Shown here piece by piece: positions 23,861-33,446 of a DNA stretch of 64,000 nucleotides (within the stretch, counting starts at the first letter, position 1; the number at the start of each line of letters is the position of its first letter). Source of the stretch: Lophium mytilinum (Eukaryota); NCBI GenBank assembly GCA_010093605.1, contig MU004196.1, positions 580,606-644,605 of the forward strand. The letters run 5' to 3'. A program made the position numbers and the translations under genes. Below the pieces are notes generated by a model, which saw nothing but the letters and a program-made list of their open reading frames with translations, did not search any database and had not been told where the DNA came from.

Positions 23861-26800
23861 ATGAGTGACCCAATCTCTGTTGCCGGCACGGCAATTGGAG
23901 TGGTCTCTCTAGGACTCAGCCTTTGCCAGAATCTTGTTGATTACGTGGAAGCTTTGCAGGACCGAAAGAATAACGTTCGGTCGATCTTGAGTAAAGTAGA
24001 TTGTCTCCGAACCTCTCTAGACATGGTCAAAGATGCAGTCAGTCACGTTTCACCCAGCCATCGGAATGTCGTCGATGCTGTGGAGAAGTGCCTTCGCGAG
24101 TCCGAGGCTGAGATGCGCCGCTTGGATGTGTATCTCAAGAACCTGAAGTGCGATTACATCATCACAGATAGCAAGAGCAAAAAGGTTAGATCGACCGCCC
24201 GAAAGCTCTTGTACCCTTTCAAGACGGCCAGCATCTAGAAGTTGGAGAGCGATATTCAAGCCATCAACGGTATCTTGGCAACTGCATTGCAGGCCCTTGG
24301 AATGTTAGTTACACCTTTCATAGTCCTCACATTGTCTCCAATCCACAATTCACGCTATTTCGCACTTTTTTCGGCAGTGTATTGTAGAGGTCATATATTA
24401 TAGCGATTTGACCTTGCGCGGAGGGTTGGTCCGACCGTCTTGTAGACATCATGTCTTACTGTCCCAGCTTCTCTGTTTAAACCCCGGCTTATTCGCTTTC
24501 AAAGTTAACATTGCACTCACAGCGACATCGGTAGCACACACTCAGGGCAGCTTTCTTCGCTCATCTCTACATCGGCCACCACGTCTGCTGCTGTTGGTTC
24601 TGTTCTCGATGGCGTTGTGGCTCTCCGTACCGATGTCTCGAACCTGTCATCAGACCTTTCAGTATCCGGTTCCTTGAACGAACAGAATCTCAACGAAGTT
24701 CGCCGAAATGTCTCAGTTATTATGCCAGAAGTGCACTCAGCGTTGCCTGCTATCAAGTACTCCGCAGCGGAAACGACGAAAAGCACGACTATCATTCAAT
24801 CTGATGTAAAAGCAGTTGGACAGGACATTGGCCAGATTAAGCAGGAGATCTTCGCATCGTCTAGTAGGCTAGAGCGAAACTCGGATCTTGTGCAGAGCCT
24901 GTTCTCCGAGCTCACCGAATTTCGATCAGATCATGCATCCCGGATGGAAAGTCTTGTAAGTAGCGACTGCCATCAAGCTCTGCTATGCTGACAATGTAGA
25001 AGGAAACAGAATTGCGCACTCTTCAATGTCGCCTACTATCAAAACCTGACGCCCTGCGTACCGTCTGCGACGACTACAAAATCTCTCAACCACCAAATCG
25101 CAAACGATCTCGTTTTGGGTCGCAAGGAATAAGGCCCTCTCATGCTTACTGTTGCTTGTTATGCAATTGTACTGCGAGCCGTTCCCTGGCCATAGGTCGT
25201 TATCTCTCGGGCTATCTATCCATATCTATCGAAAGGGAGGCTCATAAAGAGGTTCATGAGCAAGATTGCCCATTTCACAGCTCTCCAATGCGAAGCCGGT
25301 CCGTGAGGGCATCATTGTCTTGCTATGGGTCGTTCCTAGCTGGTACTTTGTCCACTGAGTTATCTTTCAGGACAGGCGCTGGTGGATGCTCGATCGCTCC
25401 ATCCCTCTCCTACAGTAGGATCGTGGCATGGGATTCCCCCGCATTCTTCCTTCTGGAATGCGAAACGGACTACTTCATCCGCGATAGATTCTCAGTGCCA
25501 CGGTACTATAAGGATACTGAAGATATCTTAGATCTATTGAATGCAGTGCCAACAAAGCTGCTCGAGATATTCGCTCGAAGACAGAGTTTACCGACAGATC
25601 TGAACGAACGAGGACAGTCGTTATGTCATGTAATAAAAATTTCCGTCCAATAGCGTATTCTCAGATGCTTACCGTTGACAAAGGTCGTTATGAAACTTAT
25701 AGACAAAAGAATGTGTAAAGACACCCAGACGGTTGAAGCTTTTCTTAGGATACTTCGCGTTCTGGTTTCGGTCGGAGCTCCCGTCAATCGTCTTGACTAT
25801 TCTGGCTGGTAAGCTATACCGTGGCGAGTCTAAGTCAACTTCTCTGCTAAGTGACTATATCAGTTCCCCAATGGATCAGTTTTGGCTTGAGATAGATCCC
25901 AATTATCCCTGTGACCTGGCACATATGGTGAGAAGTACAACCCTGGAATTGATCGATGGAGGCCTAGACATAGGTCCGGAGTTCCAGCCATCTCATCATC
26001 TAGGTTCGTTTTATCAAAGCTGTCTATCGGAGTGCCATGAGCTTGCAGAGAGTAAGAACCCGTAAGATAGTACAATGACCGCGAACTAAGAACATCAGTC
26101 TTCGAGTGTGGTCTCCTGAGCATGGCAGTACTACGGAAGTCTGAAAGGGAGATGCTGTATATCCTATCGAAATCGCCGAAAGCCGTACAAGAAAGAAACA
26201 AATTCGGGCAGACGCCGCTGCACCTATCTTGCGATTGGGATCGAGGAATGAAGATATTGATCGATGCAGGTACCGACATCGATGCGGTAGATTGCTGTAG
26301 TCGTCCAGTATTTCGTTACTGCGCCGAACGCAACTCCATCGAGTCGCTCGACCTCCTGCTCGAAGCTGGCTGTTATCTGTCAGGTCTCTGCGCCTTAGGG
26401 ACTGTCCCTGCACTCTCATTCGCGTTTGAAGCTGCTTCTTTGGACATCAAGCGACTGTTAGCAAATTCAATAGCGCAACGGCGATACGGCTTAAAACAAC
26501 TAGGGCTGGCTGCTTTGCCTATTCAGTCTCACCAGGCGCTTGGCCTACTTAATAGCGGAGCTTTGGATGGGAAGCTAGAGGGGCTCCTCGGTGCTTTGAG
26601 GACACAAAATATCCATATTCCATCGTTGTTCGAGAATCCGGGATATTTCGGACGTTGTTCTATCTATCATATGCGGGAACTCTCAATCGAGAGCGCAGAG
26701 ACTTTGTACAACGCTGGATTCATTGACATTGACGCATTAGACGAAGACGGCTTGCCACCGGTTTGCTTTCATTCGATGCAAAGGTCCTATTTAGTTTACT

Positions 26801-27840
26801 CTTCGGACTTCTCTCTTTTGAATTGGTTCTTACTGAAGGGTGCTAACTTGAATGCAAGCCTTCGCATGAAGGTTGGCAACAATACGACTCGATCGTGGAA
26901 GACTGCGCACGTTTTAGCGTACATGCTCGGCCAGAACATGCATAATCCAGGTTCCGGCTGGCATGCAGAATGGTATCATACTGTGTGCTGTCAACTAGAC
27001 CCGGATTGTCACGACATTATCGCCGGCAGCTGTATTGAAACATGCAAAATCGAGAGTCCCGACAGTTGCACTTGCGGGTGTTCCTTGCAAGGGTGTACTT
27101 CAAGCACCTTCATTATTAAAGGCTTGATTAGACGGTCCCAGGCATCTGACGGGTTCATTCAAATTCTCAGTCGCCACTGCTCACCAAACCAGACGTACTG
27201 GTCCTGGCAAGTACAGCAGGCGATACGAATCCTCACATTCAACGCATTGGGCTTGCGACACACTTGCTGTCTGTGGTTTTCATATAGGCCGTACGTCTCC
27301 GTTCAAACGCAAGAGGAGGTAGACGAGATCCGCGACGAAGACCGTCACCAACTCGAGCGGTTTGAAGACCTTGTCCAGGAATTCCAAATTGCATTCAACG
27401 AATCCGAAGAAACGTTACTGTCTTTTTTCCGCAACTACTGGACCCCGCGTATTGAAGAGGTGTTGAACGAACCCTACCCCGAGGACGAAGAAGAAATCCG
27501 ACGAATCGAGAATATTGGCGTCGTCTTAGAGAGACCACCTCTTACTGAACGCGAAGGTCAACTTGTACCAACTCCGTCAGTAGTCTTTGAGGACATCTAC
27601 TGCGACAACTGTGACATGCTCGTAGCAAACGAGCACTTCCACTGCTGCATCTGCAATTTTGACGACTACGACCTCTGCGCAGCTTGTTTCAACTCCGGCC
27701 TTCACTGTCATAGCAGAGACCACTGGATGATCAAGCGCTTCGTAAAGAACGGCATAATCACCGAAAGTAATACTGAGCATATTGGATTCAAAATGAAGTT
27801 TAGACCTACTCCGAGGATAGCGTGTCAAGTGCTTTCATAG
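23861..27840 (+). pseudogene. HeLo-like N-terminal domain + ankyrin repeats + Cys-rich region + ZZ zinc finger; 6 exons, one in-frame TAG at 24236-24238
   Basis: MSDPISVAGTAIGVVSLGLSLCQ (Helo_like_N type); ankyrin-like GQTPLHLSCDW; ZZ YCDNCD...HFHCCICNFDDYDLCAACF. Exons 23861-24303, 24523-24955, 25000-25629, 25684-25808, 25864-26051, 26099-27840 splice in frame; the TAG is the only lesion seen. Confidence 0.8.
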
Positions 27841-28827
27841 GGGACAAGATCACCGCACTACCCGCACAAGACCTACAAAGGCAGTATCGATGAAGTCGTC
27901 CGGGGCTGCTCAACTGCGGCGCATGCATTGTATGGCCTGTGCAGCCCGTTCACATCTTTCTTCTCTCTTCTGAAAAGACTATCAAGATATCATAGTATGC
28001 AATACGGAGCATACAACAACAACACTCTCTTCATAGTACGAGAATAGCTTGAGGTGAGTCACCTTACAAAAGCAGCCTTTAAGTCGTCCTTACTTGGGCT
28101 ATATGTTTCAAATTAACCCCAATACCATCATTCACTAACGTGACCAGCAGCTCAATTGGTATTAAACTACCTTGAACGTAAGCCCACCCTCACCACCATC
28201 GATAACCCTCACCCGCGTCCCATATTCGATCATTACCTCTACCGTCGACGTTTCCAACTTCAAGAACGTAGAGAGGCTCGGATGCCTACTAAAGAGGACG
28301 CATGCAAGTGGTGTGTGAGACTGAGAATGGCTGGTGAAGATGACGGAATCAATTGGAAAATAGCGAACTTAGAGAAAGCCCTCGGGGTGGATACACCCTC
28401 AGAGAGGATGCCGTTTTGCTCCTAGGATGTACTTTTCTTCTTGCTCTGAGGCTATATAAAAACGGTTTTTCCTACTATCTAATTCTTCACTCACGCGTAC
28501 CGTGACTCCTTCACTAGTATGAAGGGCGACCAAACATTCACGTCCGGATGGTGTAGGCAGAGGGACATAGAAGGCTGTATTTTATCTTTTTCAGTCTTCC
28601 ATAACATCTGTATCCCAAACACCGTCAACGTGCTTTATCCAGTAATTTGATAAATCAGTCCTTGGTAACAACATCCTATGTATACCAGCTCCAACCCAGC
28701 TCGACCCCCCACCAGCCAAAACACCAAAGCCAGCAGTGACAGTTATATGGCATCAACCAATTCAACGCCTTCCACTCATATGTACCCAACTAGACCTCCT
28801 ATTCCAGCATCCCACACTCTCGTAAAA

Positions 28828-30605
28828 CTACTCATTCACAACCTTCAACCTCCCACCCGGACTCCTTTCCCCCCTCTGCTTCCCCATCGGCCCCCCACCA
28901 GCACCCCCACTCATATTAAGCCCCTTCTCACTGACTTTGTGCACCAGGTTTCCTAGTCGCGCGCTTGTCCTGCCGCCTTCTCTGCCCTGTCCCACTGCAG
29001 GCCCATCAGCAGTCACAGTCGTGTAATTGCCATACTGCGGCTGCCCCTGTACCTGCGCAGGCCTCGGCCGATTAACGTGCGCCAAATGCCCCGTCTCAAT
29101 TTCAGATCTGCCAGCATCGATGACGGCCTGGTTCCTTGTACGCGTGGCTTCGGGTGCACCCATGTGGCGGTCGACGGAGCTGTTTAGGGTACCGCGGAGG
29201 GTTTCGCCGACGCCCTGTGATGATTGTCAGCAACATTCATCTCCATGGAGCATGAAAGGGAAATTGAGGGTAAGCTTACATGAATCCCCGCCGCCGCCGT
29301 CTTCAGATTCGCGAGCGTCGACCCACGACCCCCTCCGCCCTGCTGTCCCTGAGGCACCGAGTTCCGCGGACTCAACGCAGCGGGCACGTCAGGGTGGGAT
29401 TGCGTAGGATAACCTCCCTGCTGGTGCGGTTGTTGCTGGAAGCCTCCTGGGTTCGCGTGCATGTACTCCTGCGCAGGCACCTGCACCGGCACGCCGGCGG
29501 GTGGTGTTCGGCCGGGGTATGAGAAATTCTGGCGATTTGGGGAGCCGGGTGTCACGGGCGATGTGCCGTATTGTGGCGCACCTGTCTGCTGTCCCGCTGG
29601 TATAGGTGATGAGTCGAGCTCTACGGACATTCTGTCCCGCATAGTGCTCTTGCTAGGGATTGGTGGTGAGTGTGATTGGTTGGAGGTGTTGGCTCCGGAA
29701 CCGGTCATATGGGAGGGTTGTAAGTGGGGTGAGACAGAGGGAGCGGGTGGGTGTGGGCCGGTGGTGTTCGTGACATTAGGATGAGAATCGTTGGACTCGA
29801 CTTCCTCGTTTGGCACCTGGACAGTCGTGCTACCTCCGGGTCCTGTATAATCTCAGTATAGTGCCAGTGCAGACAAGTACATAACATACTGACCAGTTGT
29901 TGTAGTCGTCGTGGTTGTTGTGGTCGTAGTTGTCGTGACGGTATAGCCGGTTTGCGGGTCTTGGTGCGTTTCCTTCGCAATCATCTCTTGGCTATGACTG
30001 TTAGATAAACCTGGAGAAGCGCTCCGAGGAGCATTGGGAGGAGGCTGTGTTGGAGGGTTGTATGCAGGCGTAGATGCAGGCGGCGTGGGAGCCGTAATAG
30101 TGGTTTTTGGTGGAGCTTGGGGAGGGACGGGAGTGGTGGTTGGAGGTGGTCTCGGACGCTCTCGAGAGGATCCTCGAGGTATCTCACCACTGACCGGACG
30201 AGTGTTCGAATTACGGCGCTCAGCGCTAGAGAAACTAGGAGCTCCATTCGTATCGACCTCTGAGAAGGAGTTGGGGTTCTCGCTGCTTGCATACGCTGAG
30301 TCGGAAAATCGAGCCTCATTCGGCTCCTTGCGATCTTTGTCTTTGGAGTGGAAGGGGTTGGATAGACGAAAGCGAGACTTCTTCTCCTTGTCTTTCCTCT
30401 CCTCTGTATCGTTTAAGGGAGGCATTCTTGAGGTAGTGTCGTCTAAGGGGTCGGATGGTAAAGGTGGAACAGGGGGAGGGCCCTCGTCGAAGCCGCCTGC
30501 GGGGTTGGCTGTGAAGATAGGTGTAGTCCGCTCGGGCGATTGCGAAGCTGAGCCTACCGGTCTCCGTTTTATGAGTTTTGAACTAGATCTGGGGGGAGCG
30601 TTCAT
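28828..30605 (-). CDS. Pro/Thr-rich fungal hypothetical protein, 3 exons
   Basis: Three minus-strand ORFs joined by plausible GT-AG introns; poly-Thr tract; C-terminal block STLANLKTAAAGIH|GVGETLRGTLNSSVDRH...GRSEIETG. Confidence 0.75.
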
Positions 30606-31155
30606 AGTCGTTCACAGCCGATATCTAAGTAGAACACAATTCGAGATAACAAGAGGAAGAAATAGCTTGAAATCAGCGGAACACGCTCACCATAATCAAG
30701 ACAACGGCCAGTGATGTCATCCACGTACTTGACGCCACAATGATGTGGCTGGTGAGCGTTAGCGTTGATGCTTGTCCTTGTCGGGTGATCGTCTCGGACG
30801 ATCATGTCTGCAAACAGGCTCTGCAGACGTAGCGACAGCCTATCGAATTCCGTTCACGACTTGAGGGCGTTAGAGCTAGCACTCGATGAGGTAAAGCATC
30901 TGACCGCTTTACCACATTGAGACCCACGATGTCATGGCTGAATCCTTCAAAATGTGACCAACAGCCTAAATTATGCTACACATGCAGCGGAGCAGTATCA
31001 TGGATCTTTGAGTGACTGGGTAAGGGAAAGCATATAGGGAGCGAGAAAGAACTATAAGCTAACCCGTCAAATAGTACGTCCTGTTTACCCTACTGTGTTG
31101 ATCACATTCCAGGCAGATGTTGGACTTTTAAACTTGAGAGCTTTTGGAACAAGCA

Positions 31156-32022
31156 TCAGTCAAATTTACTACAAAAGCAATCCTCCTCAGAGTCTTCAGC
31201 TAAGATGGCTCCCTCTGCTTGCGTCAAATCACTCTTCCACTCCCAAGGATGCAAGGGCAGCGATCTGTCCATGACAGCTTCCATATTGCAGCTTCTCCAA
31301 CCCAAATGGGGATATCTTGTCCCATCCGCTTGACTCCTAAATTCGAGATTTTCTCGGCTTTCGAAATCTTGACATTGGAAGGAATCGCGGTTCTTGTAGT
31401 ACAGTTCCACATCGATTCTCCCCGCGTTACCGTGGGCTTCATGAAGTATCCACCGTACCCCAAAACTCGCCTCGAATTGGTCAGCAGGCAGAAGAGCCAA
31501 AAAGCCCTCCACAACATCGTAGAGCAGGCCCATGGTTATTCCTCCCTCTTGCTCTATCTCCACATAATCCCGAGGTTTTTCATTGCGCGGGGCATGCCAG
31601 GAATCCCCGATTCGCGAGAAATGCGACCGAAGGATGGTCAATTTTGTGGGTGGGGGCTGAATAGGCAGCATATGTCGCCAACTTGCCTCTTTCCTCAAGA
31701 GTACCTCTCTCCGAGACGTTGATCCGAACCATGGTAAGCCAATAATGCTGTGCCGGCTAGGAACGCTCTCGCGATCGGCTGGATATGTGAACCATGGCCG
31801 GAATTGCTCGATGAGGATGTGATTTGGCTCCCAGGCATACGACGCGGTCTTGGGTTCTGGGCGCAAGTAGAGGGCGCGTTGGAGAATAGGTGAGGAGCGA
31901 ATCGTATGCCAGAAGCTACGTGAGACAAGCTGCACAGAAAGGAGGGAGTGGATCGAGAGCGGGAGAAGAATGAGTTCGAGGAGTTCAGGGATTTCGAACA
32001 CACGTTGGGTGGGTGTGGCCAT
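31156..32022 (-). CDS. F-box protein (fungal lineage-expanded type)
   Basis: RVFEIPELLELILLPLSIHSLLSVQLVSRSFWHTIRSSPILQRALYL F-box, followed by EASWRHMLPIQPP typical of this family. Confidence 0.85.
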   Translation of the reverse strand: MATPTQRVFEIPELLELILLPLSIHSLLSVQLVSRSFWHTIRSSPILQRALYLRPEPKTASYAWEPNHILIEQFRPWFTYPADRESVPSRHSIIGLPWFGSTSRREVLLRKEASWRHMLPIQPPPTKLTILRSHFSRIGDSWHAPRNEKPRDYVEIEQEGGITMGLLYDVVEGFLALLPADQFEASFGVRWILHEAHGNAGRIDVELYYKNRDSFQCQDFESRENLEFRSQADGTRYPHLGWRSCNMEAVMDRSLPLHPWEWKSDLTQAEGAILAEDSEEDCFCSKFD

Positions 32023-32328
32023 TGCAATGATAAAATTGCTAGAGGTTTCTTGATAGGGGATTGTTGACAAAAGGGACTATACGTATGTAACGTCGTGGCT
32101 GATGTAACGCACTGATCAGAAGTAGGTGGAATTGTTCCCCAAGGTGAGGGGAGTGAAGTAGGGGCGATGAGATTAAAGTCGGGAGGCATTGAATTAGACT
32201 ATGTGGGCCGATCACGTGCGACGTCAACTGCAACCTCCATCAACCTTATCTCAGTTGCCCTCAAACCCTCTACCGAGGAAGGCCCGTCATCACGGCACGT
32301 GATGACGGCATTCCTTATAGAGGGTCTA

Positions 32329-32987
32329 AGGACATTTAGGCACAGTTTATAAGGAATAAACAGCTAAAACAGCTAACCTTTAACGCTGCATCTTAACCCT
32401 TAATATAATACTAAATAGCCTACTATAACTATAAGGCGCTAGCCTATCTTCTACTCTATCTCCTGCATTTAATACTAAGTTTAGCTATACTATAACGCGC
32501 CTATATTTTTAAGAAAGTAGAGCCTATACTAAAAAGTATATAGGCGTACTAAGAAATCTTTTAATACTATATATTAACTATTAATATAACTCTAAATAGC
32601 CTACTATAACTATAAGGTGCTAGCCTATCTTCTACTCTATCTTCTATATCTAATACTAAGTCTAGCTATACTATAACGCGGCTGTAATTCTAAGAGAGTA
32701 GACGTATGCTAAAAGGTATATAGGCGTGCTAAAAAATATATAAAGAGAAATAAGGTATAGTAGTCTAGTTTTAAAAAATATACTTTTAACTTTAATACTA
32801 TATATTAACCCTTAATACTATAGCTAGCTAGGTATAACTCTTAAAAGATAGTAGAGAAAAAACTTATAATTAAAATATATTAAATACTAAGACTATAGCT
32901 AATAAATTTACCTTATAGTTAATATTTAAAAAAGGTATACCTCTTAAAAATAGACTAGTTTACACTAAACGGGCGCCCAAATGTCCT
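32329..32987. mobile_element. RIP-mutated non-autonomous TIR element (MITE-like), 659 bp
   Basis: Left end TA|AGGACATTTAGGCACAGTTTA versus reverse complement of right end TA|AGGACATTTGGGCGCCCGTTTA; AT-rich TpA-rich interior; ~150 bp internal direct repeat with 181 bp period (starts 32411 and 32592); no ORF. Confidence 0.85.
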
Positions 32988-33446
32988 TAGACGCGTCTCC
33001 GAGGAATTTTGGGGGGGTGGTAGGAGGGCTGGGGGCTGGGGGCTGAGGGCGGCAGGTAAGGGGGTGGGGCGGGCCTTACTGTATTGAGTTGGAAATGACT
33101 CGGAGACGCGGCTGAGGCACCTGAGATAACATCAACCTAATGATGATCTCTGAATGCTTCACTTTTGTATGATAAGTTATATATCTGCTAAAATGGACTC
33201 TCCGTCACAGCAAATAATGACCTTCAAACCGTAAACTCCTGATCGAAATGATGCCTTAGCGAATCAGGCACATATCCCGAGGTCAGCATCAAGGCTCAGC
33301 CTCGTAAGCCGCCACCCTCCATAGCCACTGTACAGCCTTGTCTACTCGGAACAAAAAGATGGCCAGAGCATGGTTCGAGTGGATAGAACGAAATTGACAC
33401 TATGATGTCTAAACACTGAGGAGAAATCCTCCAACGACTTAGCATC

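Noticed and set aside
23861..24238. Complete 125 aa stand-alone HeLo-like gene
   Set aside because: The domain pattern continues beyond the TAG to a splice donor and five more in-frame exons.
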